Below, piece by piece: positions 28,550 to 36,199 of a DNA stretch of 40,000 bases (position 1 is its first letter; each line of letters starts with the position of its first letter). Both the position numbers and the translations under genes were made by a program. The notes below the pieces were generated by a model. The model saw nothing but the letters and a program-made list of their open reading frames with translations, was not told the DNA's origin and ran no database searches. The DNA is from a virus (taxonomy: Duplodnaviria > Caudoviricetes), in the IMG/VR virus record IMGVR_UViG_3300020043_004090, positions 1 through 40,000 of that record, one strand, 5' to 3'.

Positions 28550-29115
28550 TCTTTCTTTTCCAGTTGATCTTTGTACGCCTTGATAGCGCTGCGGATCTTG
28601 GAATCAGGCTTGAGTTGTTCCCACACACGCAGACGAATCTCATTGTCTGTGATCGACTCCCACTCTCCGTACATGCCGGCATGGTCGTCTGCTGCGTAGT
28701 GTTGACGGATAGCCTCTACGATCTTCTCAATCAGTCCCGAATCGATCTCTGGCAGGTCTTCTCCGGCATAGATATACAGACCCAATCCGTGCAGTGACAG
28801 CGACTTGGTCATGCAGCGCATGATGGCCGTGTTGACCGCGAAGGCATCCGGGTTGGGGATGGCCTTGTTCTTGTAGTCCATCACGGGAAGCTGGCAGGTC
28901 ATAGGCTTGCCAAACATGGTGACGGTGACCCATACCATGCAGGTGCCGTTGATCTCCATGTAGCACTTGCCGTCGAACATCTCGACCTTGAATGTCGCAG
29001 TAGGATCGGCTTTGAGTGCCTCTGCCCAGGCCCACGCCCAGGACAGATAGGACAGATTGTTTTTCTTCTCAACGTGTTCGTTGACGTTGGTCTTGAGAAG
29101 TTGTTCGATGCTCAT
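28546..29115 (-). CDS. sak: Sak single-strand annealing protein (DUF1071)
   Basis: EKKNNLSYLSWAWAW...LPVMDYKNK...VNTAIMRCMTK...HGLGLYIYAGEDLP. Confidence 0.9.
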   Translation of the reverse strand: MSIEQLLKTNVNEHVEKKNNLSYLSWAWAWAEALKADPTATFKVEMFDGKCYMEINGTCMVWVTVTMFGKPMTCQLPVMDYKNKAIPNPDAFAVNTAIMRCMTKSLSLHGLGLYIYAGEDLPEIDSGLIEKIVEAIRQHYAADDHAGMYGEWESITDNEIRLRVWEQLKPDSKIRSAIKAYKDQLEKKE

Positions 29116-29303
29116 GGGTGATATACCTTGTCGTACTCGCTATTGACAATGCTGCGTTGAATAGACAGTGGCATGTCGCGCAGTCGTGCTGTTGTGCCGT
29201 CTACCCTGTAGAAGTCTTCTCCATGAGCATGCAGGTACTCACGGGTCCAGCAGTCCATGAACTGCTCTTCCATCATGACGGTTTCGTAGTATTCCTGATT
29301 CAT
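29112..29303 (-). CDS. Hypothetical protein (MNQEYYETVMMEEQF...)
   Basis: Likely start 29303 via ATGA coupling. Confidence 0.65.
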   Translation of the reverse strand: MNQEYYETVMMEEQFMDCWTREYLHAHGEDFYRVDGTTARLRDMPLSIQRSIVNSEYDKVYHP

Positions 29304-29467
29304 ACGGTGATGACAGCAACAAGGCCGCTCAGAAGAACTGCGAAAAATGCACCTACGACAATCCAATGCTTGTCAGGGGTGCCCTCATGTTTTTCGATGG
29401 GGTCACAGTCGTACAGCCAGACACACTCGTTCATGCTGCGCGGTGTTACGAAGTAGGACGGTTTCAT
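29300..29467 (-). CDS. Small membrane protein, 55 aa (MKPSYFVTPRSM...LVAVITV)
   Basis: Translated by hand; coupled at both ends; C-terminal TM helix. Confidence 0.7.
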   Translation of the reverse strand: MKPSYFVTPRSMNECVWLYDCDPIEKHEGTPDKHWIVVGAFFAVLLSGLVAVITV

Positions 29468-29679
29468 CAAAAGCCCCCCTTGCTAAACACATCCGAGGTG
29501 CTAGACCACTGCCCGGTCTGCGTGTTGACGAACTGATCGTTCATCCGTTCAATAAACACACCGTCCTGAGACACGTAGCCGCTAGGGGTCCTGTTAAAGA
29601 CCTCCCCAGTCTCCGACACCAGGGTGTCAGCTGTCTGCGTGTAGGTGTTGCCTGAGAGCCAGTTCCATATAAATTTCAT
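29467..29679 (-). CDS. Hypothetical protein, first gene of the leftward operon
   Basis: AGGAG RBS before ATG 29679. Confidence 0.7.
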   Translation of the reverse strand: MKFIWNWLSGNTYTQTADTLVSETGEVFNRTPSGYVSQDGVFIERMNDQFVNTQTGQWSSTSDVFSKGGF

Positions 29680-29715
29680 TGCTTTGCTCCTGAGTGCCGA
29701 CATGGCACGGCAGTA

Positions 29716-29744
29716 AATGTAGCCCCGCCCTGTGTGTAGTTCAA
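29716..29744 (-). promoter_or_regulatory. Leftward sigma70-type promoter
   Basis: TTGAAC-17 nt-TACATT. Confidence 0.65.
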
Positions 29745-29789
29745 CAACTTTATCCTCATCAGAAGTTTAAGTTTAATAGAGAAAATCAA

Positions 29790-29818
29790 TTGGCATCAAC
29801 CGCGAGAGTGGCGACAAT
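29790..29818 (+). promoter_or_regulatory. Rightward sigma70-type promoter
   Basis: TTGGCA-17 nt-GACAAT with an AT-rich upstream tract. Confidence 0.6.
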
Positions 29819-29845
29819 AAACCGTCATTCACGAAAGGAAGACCG

Positions 29846-30001
29846 ATGACGTTGGAAGAATTGATGAAGAAGTGCAGTCTGTACGAGGCTGCGAAGCTGC
29901 TAAAGATCAGCGCCCCGGCCACGTACAAGTGGAAAAAGACCGGGAAGATCCCGGCCAAGCGCGTCAAGCAGTTGATGCTTATTAAACCTGACTGGTTCTG
30001 A
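29846..30001 (+). CDS. cro: Cro/YdaS-like HTH regulator, 51 aa
   Basis: Translated by hand: MTLEELMKKCSLYEAAKLLKISAPATYKWKKTGKIPAKRVKQLMLIKPDWF; AAAGGA RBS; first gene of the rightward operon. Confidence 0.8.
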   Translation: MTLEELMKKCSLYEAAKLLKISAPATYKWKKTGKIPAKRVKQLMLIKPDWF

Positions 30002-30012
30002 AGGAGAAAGCA

Positions 30013-30237
30013 ATGGAAAAAGCTCTAGATTTTTTGATGGCTGGCAACAGCGCAGACAACGCCCTGATTGAGATGTGGTCGGCGGTACGCGGCGGCAACT
30101 ATCAGGCTGCAATGACTGCTCAGTTCCTCTTCTTGTTCTACGAAGACAAGGTCATGGAAGTGATGAAAAGCATGAACACTGAAGAGTTTGCTGCTGTCGG
30201 CCTGATGGGCAAGATTGCTAGGACGGGCAACGTATGA
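30013..30237 (+). CDS. Hypothetical protein
   Basis: AAGGAG RBS. Confidence 0.75.
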   Translation: MEKALDFLMAGNSADNALIEMWSAVRGGNYQAAMTAQFLFLFYEDKVMEVMKSMNTEEFAAVGLMGKIARTGNV

Positions 30238-30422
30238 GCAAGGGCAGCGCACCTCGTCCATTTTTCGTCTCAAACGAGGAATACGCTCGTCGCTGGGATG
30301 AGATCTTTGCCAAGGAATCCTGCCCCGCCTGCGCTAGTTTTGAGTTTGAGACACGCGAGGTTAATGGTCAAACTGTAAAGGAGTGCAAGAGATGCGAACA
30401 CCAGTGGAACAAGAGCTTCTAG
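30234..30422 (+). CDS. Small Zn-ribbon protein
   Basis: MSKGS.PRP start; CPAC...CKRC. Confidence 0.7.
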   Translation: MSKGSAPRPFFVSNEEYARRWDEIFAKESCPACASFEFETREVNGQTVKECKRCEHQWNKSF

Positions 30423-30643
30423 AAGCCGCGAAAATGGCCCACAACTGGTTTTACCGGGAGGGTGATGGCCCGAGTGCCTTGGAGGTCCAAGTGGCGCTAG
30501 GCAAGGCGATTGAGTTCGCTGAGAAGCCTGGATGCCCAAATTGCGGTAGCCACGACTACGTGCCGCAGCATATCCTGTACACCGGGATCGAGACGACCTA
30601 TCAATCCTGCAACGACTGCGATTACCAGTGGGGGCACGAATGA
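30404..30643 (+). CDS. Small Zn-ribbon protein
   Basis: CPNCGS...CNDCDYQW; start uncertain (GTG 30404). Confidence 0.6.
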   Translation: MEQELLEAAKMAHNWFYREGDGPSALEVQVALGKAIEFAEKPGCPNCGSHDYVPQHILYTGIETTYQSCNDCDYQWGHE

Positions 30644-31008
30644 CCAAATTTGAGCAATTCTGGGAAGTCTGGCCTAAGCACTTTCGCAAGGCCAGCCGGT
30701 CCGTATGCGAGGCAAAGTGGAAGTCTAAGAACCTAGACAAACACGCCGACCAGATCATTAAACACGTGATGTGGATGAAGGGTCAAGAGGCGTGGAAAAA
30801 GGATGGCGGGCACTTCATTCCTGCCCCCCTGGTGTACATCAATCAGGCCCGGTGGGATGGTGCAGAGATGCCTCAGGTAGTAGCAGACACGCCGGTGAAA
30901 GACCCGGCTGTTGTAAGAATGGAACAGCATGCAAAGAAGGTGGTGCCTATGCCGGAACACATTCGAAAAAAACTTCAAGAATTGCGCCGCACCCCCTTGA
31001 CAGCCTAG
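30640..31008 (+). CDS. Stand-alone C-terminal-type domain of a phage replication initiator
   Basis: FEQFWEVWPK...W.KDGG.FIPAPLVYINQARW matches the FW..YP...FIP.P..WLN..RW pattern of initiator C-termini. Confidence 0.6.
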   Translation: MTKFEQFWEVWPKHFRKASRSVCEAKWKSKNLDKHADQIIKHVMWMKGQEAWKKDGGHFIPAPLVYINQARWDGAEMPQVVADTPVKDPAVVRMEQHAKKVVPMPEHIRKKLQELRRTPLTA

Positions 31009-31024
31009 CGGTTGTGTAGAGAAT
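30997..31024 (+). promoter_or_regulatory. sigma70-type promoter
   Basis: Perfect TTGACA, 16 nt, GAGAAT, just upstream of the structured leader. Confidence 0.55.
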
Positions 31025-31031
31025 TGACGCC

Positions 31032-31350
31032 GTTGTCGTAGTGGACAGCAGATGAAGCGGTTTGAGAAAGTGCCTGGCCCCAATTGGGGTTCCACTACCG
31101 GGCACCTCCTCAAGCCGCTTTTTTGTTGCCTACGCGATAGCCCTGATGCCATGCGGTACGTCGGTGGTGGCTATCACAGGAACCCCGTTACACGAGCAAG
31201 CCAGAGCGGGGGCGGTGGGCGAATCCCTAGAGCCGGGCGGTTGAAACAAGTCTGGGGTAGTGCGATGCGAGGGCATGGCTCCGAAGAGCACAGAGCGAAC
31301 TGTTCGTTATGACGACGGTAAGGCTGTGCTTTGCTCAGACATTCACCAAA
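31032..31350 (+). ncRNA. Structured non-coding RNA/attenuator leader
   Basis: At least 8 helices with G-U pairs favouring the + strand; loop-loop complementarity; embedded terminator; only gene-free gap in the operon. Confidence 0.6.
31055..31127 (+). terminator. Long intrinsic terminator hairpin
   Basis: AAGCGGTTTGAG/CTCAAGCCGCTT plus GTGCCTGG/CCGGGCAC, then TTTTGTT. Confidence 0.7.
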
Positions 31351-31384
31351 GAGCACCTATAGAGAAGAAAGAAAGAGAGTAGTA

Positions 31385-31573
31385 ATGAGCTTCGTGCAAA
31401 ACAGGTTGTATCTATCAGCTACAAAGATCAAAGATCAAAACGCGCATCAGTTCAAAGACTGCGCTAAGTGCAAAGAAAAAAGGGCCCCGGAGGGTGGCGT
31501 GCAGATGAACGCTCAAAAGTGGTTGTGCGCCAGATGCTGGACCAACAGGATGACGAATCCGACAACCCGGTAA
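31385..31573 (+). CDS. Zn-finger protein
   Basis: CAKC...PEGG.....KWLCARCW. Confidence 0.7.
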   Translation: MSFVQNRLYLSATKIKDQNAHQFKDCAKCKEKRAPEGGVQMNAQKWLCARCWTNRMTNPTTR

Positions 31574-31584
31574 GGAGACATTCA

Positions 31585-31812
31585 ATGCAAAGCAATGAAG
31601 AGATTGTCCGTATGGCGCGAGATTCTGGCCTTTGGTACAAGGTAGGCTTTCCGAAAGAGATTGAGCGCTTCGCCGCCCTTGTCGCCGCAGCCGAGCGCGA
31701 GGCGTGTGCGAGGGTTTGCGAGGAAAACGCCGATGACGACTCTGAAGGAGACTGGGACAACGCCTGCAACAACTGCGCGTACCACATCCGCGCGAGAGGG
31801 GAGAAGAAATGA
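31585..31812 (+). CDS. Small protein with AAAEREACA...IRARG motif
   Basis: AAGGAG RBS; paralogue of the next gene. Confidence 0.75.
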   Translation: MQSNEEIVRMARDSGLWYKVGFPKEIERFAALVAAAEREACARVCEENADDDSEGDWDNACNNCAYHIRARGEKK

Positions 31813-32060
31813 ACAACTGCCCAAATTGTGGATTGGTCAGAGGGTTTCACAACAGCATCTTGCAAGGCTGCACCTGTCAGTGGCAGATGATGGATACCCG
31901 AGTGACATTTCGCGAAATTCGCGACGATGAAGAACTGCGGGCCGCTGTTGCAGCAGAGCGCGAAGCGTGTGCGAAGTTGTGCGATGAGATGGAGCGGCCT
32001 AACTTGTACGGGGTTCGGGAGTGCGCCGCCGCCATCCGCGCAAGAGGAGAGAAGGAATGA
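31809..32060 (+). CDS. Small protein with AAEREACA...IRARG motif
   Basis: GGAG RBS, ATGA coupling. Confidence 0.75.
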   Translation: MNNCPNCGLVRGFHNSILQGCTCQWQMMDTRVTFREIRDDEELRAAVAAEREACAKLCDEMERPNLYGVRECAAAIRARGEKE

Positions 32061-32233
32061 CCCGGTTGCCACTCTCCATGTTCCTGCTGTCTACCTTAGT
32101 CTGCGGATTCTTTGCACTGCTCGGAGCGGACTACGGCGAGAACGAACGCATCGAACGTGAATTCAAAGAAGCCTGCGCCAAAGTTAACGGCATAGCAGTG
32201 TGGAACAGAAAGTATTGGGAGTGCCTGAAATGA
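32057..32233 (+). CDS. Small membrane-anchored protein with Cys pair
   Basis: N-terminal TM; ACAKVNG......ECLK. Confidence 0.7.
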   Translation: MTRLPLSMFLLSTLVCGFFALLGADYGENERIEREFKEACAKVNGIAVWNRKYWECLK

Positions 32234-32403
32234 CCCTAGCAATCATCATCTTTCTGTTAGCCACCGCTGTTCTGCTGCTGGTCACGCTGCCATTTGTGAT
32301 GATGCTGGCAGAGATTGAAGACCTGTGGCCTAACATTCGCTTCTGGGCGGTGGTTGCAGCAGCATGGGCAGTTGTTTGGTTTGCGGTGAGCTATGGGCAC
32401 TAA
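32230..32403 (+). CDS. Small two-TM membrane protein
   Basis: Two hydrophobic helices; ATGA coupling. Confidence 0.65.
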   Translation: MTLAIIIFLLATAVLLLVTLPFVMMLAEIEDLWPNIRFWAVVAAAWAVVWFAVSYGH

Positions 32404-32632
32404 ATTAAAACAGGTGCGAGAGCTTCTACGCGCCAGCGACGGCATGACGGTTGCCCAGATTGCAGAAACTGTAGTAACCGACAACACCCATGTGCATCGG
32501 ATGGTGCATCGGATGCCAGATGCGTATATCGATCGATGGATTAAAAAGGGTAACCGGGTCTCTGCTGTGTGGTGCGTAGTCGTGCCACCACCCCATTGCC
32601 CTAGGCCCGAAAGCAGAAGGAGAAAGCAATGA
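32393..32632 (+). CDS. Winged-HTH protein
   Basis: VRELLR..DGMTVAQIAE...MPDAYIDRW...AVWCVVVPP..CP.P. Confidence 0.75.
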   Translation: MGTKLKQVRELLRASDGMTVAQIAETVVTDNTHVHRMVHRMPDAYIDRWIKKGNRVSAVWCVVVPPPHCPRPESRRRKQ

Positions 32633-33018
32633 CTGATAGAGAATTGTTCCAGCAGATGTACAACCTGCTCAATAACGAACCCCGAGCCCTGGTGGCCTGC
32701 GATCAACTAGAAGCAATGCTCTCTGATCGACTCGCGCAGGATGACGATGGCGCGTCCAATAGCGGTGCTGCCGTGCCTGTCGCTTGGGGCTATGAAGGTC
32801 CATCTGGGCAGATCATCGACATCATTACGCCTGAAGAGCATGCCTGGAATGAGGGCGAGTACAACGTGCCGCTGTACACCAAACCCATTCGCCGGCCCTG
32901 GAAGAGTCTGAGCAATGAGGAGCACGAGCAAATCGCTATCGACTGCGGTTGCATGAGTGCTGATTGGGTTTTTTTCGGCGCACTGATTGAACGCAAAGTA
33001 AAGGAGAAGAACACATGA
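32629..33018 (+). CDS. Hypothetical protein (PVAW...PLYT...KEKNT family)
   Basis: AGGAG RBS; modular motifs shared with the 33373 locus. Confidence 0.75.
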   Translation: MTDRELFQQMYNLLNNEPRALVACDQLEAMLSDRLAQDDDGASNSGAAVPVAWGYEGPSGQIIDIITPEEHAWNEGEYNVPLYTKPIRRPWKSLSNEEHEQIAIDCGCMSADWVFFGALIERKVKEKNT

Positions 33019-33371
33019 CTGACCGCGAACTGATGCAGCAGGCGCTGAAAGCATTGGAGTTGTTGGCTAAGGGAGAACATCCAGCAACAAACTTCACAAC
33101 CAAAACTGGCGGTCGTATTTATCCTCACAGAATAGCCTCGGATGCAGCTGCTGCCTTGCGCAAACAATTGGCGCAGCCAAGTGCCGATGAGGTTATTGCT
33201 AGCCACGCGAAACGTCTTGCTCTGGAGTTAGAGGGAGTGCTGCTTGAGTGCCACGACACATCTGCTACCAGCAAATGGTGGAACAGCGCATATCAAGCCA
33301 TTCACAATTTCCATGACGATGTTGATCGGATGTATCCACAAGACCATGTGTCACCATTAGGGATGGACTGA
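33015..33371 (+). CDS. Hypothetical protein (MTDREL... family)
   Basis: AAGGAG RBS; same N-terminus as 32629. Confidence 0.75.
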   Translation: MTDRELMQQALKALELLAKGEHPATNFTTKTGGRIYPHRIASDAAAALRKQLAQPSADEVIASHAKRLALELEGVLLECHDTSATSKWWNSAYQAIHNFHDDVDRMYPQDHVSPLGMD

Positions 33372-33372
33372 C

Positions 33373-33728
33373 ATGAACGAATCCAAAATTCGCATTACGC
33401 AGTACGAACAAGCAGCCGACGAGAAGGTGTCGCTTGGTGGCATCAAGTGGGAGCGCAAGTGGGATGTGTGCATCCAGTGCGATAGCCGAGAAGAAGCGGA
33501 GCGCGTCAGAGCAGCATTGACGGCGCAGCCGGAGCAGGAGCCGGTGGCGTGGCAATGGCTGGACACCGGGACATTCCGCAAGAGTCTGCCCAGCAGCCTC
33601 TCTACACCACCCCGCCGCGCCGCGAGTGGGTTGGATTGACGGATGAAGACATGGTGATGTGCGAGTCCGAAGAGGACGTTCGCTTTGTCCGCGCCATCGA
33701 AGCCAAGCTCAAGGAGAAGAACACATGA
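33373..33728 (+). pseudogene. Frameshifted PVAW...PLYT...KLKEKNT family gene
   Basis: The ORF stops at 33639, but the family C-terminus PLYTTPPRREWVGLTDED...AIEAKLKEKNT continues in the -1 frame from ~33597 to 33728. Confidence 0.7.
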
Positions 33729-33934
33729 ACTACCACGAGGCATGTGAACTACTAGACCGAGTCCGTCATGGCTACCTAGCCCACCCTTCGCTTATAAACG
33801 AGGCCCTAAGAATGACGGGTGACCTTGATGAAGACGATAGGGACAGCGACATCATCTCTAGAGACACATATGTACCGATGCCTAGTAAGGGCGGTTCTAA
33901 AGATGCGAAAAGAAAGCCAGACCAAGGCGTATAG
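33725..33934 (+). CDS. Hypothetical protein (MNYHEACELLDRVR...ALRMTGDL)
   Basis: AAGGAG RBS, ATGA coupling. Confidence 0.7.
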   Translation: MNYHEACELLDRVRHGYLAHPSLINEALRMTGDLDEDDRDSDIISRDTYVPMPSKGGSKDAKRKPDQGV

Positions 33935-34088
33935 TTTTATTGACGGATTTGAGCAAAAGCACCCACAATCCAATCTGAGAGTAGATGTTATTAAACAATG
34001 GCGTCTCGGTAACCGGGGCAAAGATGGGGACTGGCGATGTATATCTGCGGAATTGACCCAGGATTCTCAGGAGCCTGGGCAGTCATAG
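33828..34088 (+). CDS. Hypothetical protein (RCLVR...QWRLGNRG..GDW)
   Basis: Motif familiar from related phages; start uncertain; overlaps neighbours. Confidence 0.55.
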   Translation: MKTIGTATSSLETHMYRCLVRAVLKMRKESQTKAYSFIDGFEQKHPQSNLRVDVIKQWRLGNRGKDGDWRCISAELTQDSQEPGQS

Positions 34089-34498
34089 ACCACAGTGGTA
34101 AGTACTTAGGCTGCGGTGATCTGCCTAATGACGGCAAGAGGATTCTTGTCCAGCCGGTTATCGATGCTGTATTGCAGTGCGCCAAACCCCTTGATTACAT
34201 AGAAGTAGTCGTCGAGGACGTACATGCTATGCCTGGGCAGGGTGTAAGTAGCACCTTTAAGTTTGGGGTAGCTTTCGGTGGCGCTATGGCAGTAGCCGAA
34301 AGGTTAGAAGGCGAGACTTTCTTTATAAGCCCCACAGGATGGAAGAAAGCCCTTGGATTATCTAGCGACAAGAATATGTCTTTAGATATGGCTAGGCAGT
34401 TATGGCCGCAAGCTAATCTGCGTCTAAAGAAACATAATGGGCGGGCAGAGGCACTGCTACTAGCTGAGTGGAGGCGTAGGGACTCCTATGGGATTTAA
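34037..34498 (+). CDS. ruvC: RuvC-like Holliday junction resolvase
   Basis: GIDPG, VVEDV, GQGVSSTFKFG, P..WKK, GRAEALLLA. Confidence 0.88.
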   Translation: MYICGIDPGFSGAWAVIDHSGKYLGCGDLPNDGKRILVQPVIDAVLQCAKPLDYIEVVVEDVHAMPGQGVSSTFKFGVAFGGAMAVAERLEGETFFISPTGWKKALGLSSDKNMSLDMARQLWPQANLRLKKHNGRAEALLLAEWRRRDSYGI

Positions 34499-34715
34499 GC
34501 TCTCAGAGACGTTCGTAAAGCAGCCTAGTGGGTGGGGTGGCAAGAGAGCAGGAGCGGGTCGCCCAAAGGGTTTTAAGCCCCCTCCTAGACCTCCCAAGCC
34601 AGAGGAAGAGAGGATTAAGTTAGACCTCAATCCTATTCAGCGCAAGATGCTAGAAGAGATGGGCCAGGGTAACTTATCTAAGGGTATACAGGCATTAATT
34701 AATGAGCACTTATGA
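34488..34715 (+). CDS. Small DNA-binding protein (GG.R.GAGRP hook plus RHH-like)
   Basis: WGGKRAGAGRPKG and G.GNLSKGI motifs. Confidence 0.65.
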   Translation: MGFKLSETFVKQPSGWGGKRAGAGRPKGFKPPPRPPKPEEERIKLDLNPIQRKMLEEMGQGNLSKGIQALINEHL

Positions 34716-34957
34716 CAATTAAAGTAACGCCAGGACAATCAAGGGTATTAAATGCTATTTGCCGCACGGGTCAAATTAAGTTGGCGGCAGTGGATTTAAA
34801 TATTAAGCAATCTAGTGTGCAGATGATCGTATGTCGTATTAAGAAGGCCAACAAAATAGATAGCACTATGGAGTTGGTATTAACTTGGGACAGAATGCAA
34901 AGGAGTGAAAATGGAAGAGATCGATCCGAGCAAAGCGATACTGTATATCCAGAGTAA
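34712..34957 (+). CDS. LuxR-like HTH protein
   Basis: VTPGQSRVL..I...G..K.AA.DLNI..SSV......I.K...I.ST.ELV. Confidence 0.65.
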   Translation: MTIKVTPGQSRVLNAICRTGQIKLAAVDLNIKQSSVQMIVCRIKKANKIDSTMELVLTWDRMQRSENGRDRSEQSDTVYPE

Positions 34958-35234
34958 CGCTAGTAAATATGCGGAAGCAAAAGCAACTCGCATATACATA
35001 GAGAACTATCTAAAGACTGTCAAAGCAAATCTAATGGGCGAGGAGACAGGAACGCTAGGCGCAAAGGAGATCTATGCGTATAGCCATGCTGACTACAAAG
35101 CCCAACTAGATGCCCTGCGGACTGCTATTGAGCAGGAAGAATATTTGAAATACATGCTAGAGGCGGCTAAACTAAAGGTTGAGGTATGGAAAACCCAACA
35201 ATTTAATAACCGCGCCGAGATGCGATTGACTTAA
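34905..35234 (+). CDS. Helical hypothetical protein (UvsY-like coiled coil, tentative)
   Basis: AAGGAG RBS; E.YAYSH.DY...EVWKT pattern. Confidence 0.7.
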   Translation: MKMEEIDPSKAILYIQSNASKYAEAKATRIYIENYLKTVKANLMGEETGTLGAKEIYAYSHADYKAQLDALRTAIEQEEYLKYMLEAAKLKVEVWKTQQFNNRAEMRLT

Positions 35235-35605
35235 TGTATAGAGACCCTGACTTACTTAAGCTTGCCAAGGGTGAGGTTTGCTTACTGCAAATCCACGATA
35301 GGTGTTTAGGTAGTGAGGGGTCAACTACTGTTGCAGCGCACAGCAATCAGGCGGTGCATGGGAAGGGTAAGAGTATCAAGGCAGACGATTGCTTCAGTGT
35401 GTGGGCCTGCCATCGATGCCATGCCATGCTGGACCAGGGTAAGGTTAACTACGATGATGCTGTAGCGGCCTGGAATCTAGCATTTGAGAGACAACTAGAA
35501 CATTGGCAGTCGATAGCGGATAATCTATGCCTGTATCCCTGGAAGGTAGATGCTGCCCGTCGGGCGCTGGATTACTTGAGGAGCTTAAATGAACAAAATG
35601 GCTGA
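35234..35605 (+). CDS. DUF1364/YbcO-like putative nuclease
   Basis: C.LQI...C......TTVAAH...GKG..IK.DD.....AC..CH..LD. Confidence 0.75.
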   Translation: MYRDPDLLKLAKGEVCLLQIHDRCLGSEGSTTVAAHSNQAVHGKGKSIKADDCFSVWACHRCHAMLDQGKVNYDDAVAAWNLAFERQLEHWQSIADNLCLYPWKVDAARRALDYLRSLNEQNG

Positions 35606-35948
35606 GTTCGTGCTGATGATGCTGCACGCAGTAACCAACACCCACCTGCTACACCTACGCAGTCGTAGCTACTCGGAGCACCAAGCCCTAGGTGCTTTCT
35701 ATCCTGCGCTGGAGGAGCTAGTCGATGGGCTGGCAGAGTCTATGCAGGGTAAGTACATGACGCTGCTGGAGTACTCGGATGAGTATGTGCCGCCGCAAGA
35801 CACAGCGCTTGAAGAACTAGAATCGATCAGTGACTATGTGCAAGAGACTCGCATGGAGTTGCCGCGAGATACTGAGATTCAAAATCAGATTGACGAAATC
35901 CAGGCTTTAGTTAATAGTACGATCTACAAGTTGACCTTCCTGAAGTAA
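35589..35948 (+). CDS. Ferritin/Dps-like protein (DUF5856-like)
   Basis: H..H....SY.EH.ALG.FY..L.E.VD.LAE..QG ferroxidase-like pattern; N.IDEI..L...T.YKL..L. Confidence 0.8.
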   Translation: MNKMAEFVLMMLHAVTNTHLLHLRSRSYSEHQALGAFYPALEELVDGLAESMQGKYMTLLEYSDEYVPPQDTALEELESISDYVQETRMELPRDTEIQNQIDEIQALVNSTIYKLTFLK

Positions 35949-35974
35949 GTACTCCTGTTCCTTGGTTGGAATTT

Positions 35975-35999
35975 GAGCGCCATAGTGCGCTCTTTTTTT
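35975..35999 (+). terminator. Intrinsic terminator ending the rightward operon
   Basis: GAGCGC-CATAGT-GCGCTC plus T7. Confidence 0.8.
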
Positions 36000-36079
36000 G
36001 TCTAAAAAAACAGGGGGGGGGTATTTTTTTTGACGTAGGGGGGAGTCAAAAATACCTAAAAAACACCCAAAAACACCCC

Positions 36080-36153
36080 TAAGTGAGCACTCACTTCGCT
36101 TGCATGTAAGTTAGCGCTCACTTCGCCGGAAAGTAAGTTAGCGCTCACTTCGC
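36080..36153. repeat. Three 20-bp palindromic direct repeats with 27-bp period
   Basis: TAAGT(G/T)AGC(A/G)CTCACTTCGC at 36080, 36107, 36134. Confidence 0.9.
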
Positions 36154-36160
36154 AATTATG

Positions 36161-36190
36161 TAAATAAATAACCCGGATTATGTCCGGGCT
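36161..36190 (-). terminator. Intrinsic terminator of the leftward cassette
   Basis: On the minus strand, CCCGGA-CATAA-TCCGGG followed by TTATTTATTT. Confidence 0.7.
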
Positions 36191-36199
36191 AAATAGGGT

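Noticed and set aside
31052-31356. ORFs 31052-31312, 31062-31244 and 31174-31356
   Set aside because: No convincing RBS, they cross a terminator, and the sequence is better explained by RNA helices.
36080-36153. Mini CRISPR array
   Set aside because: Spacers are only 7 bp and repeats 20 bp; no cas genes.
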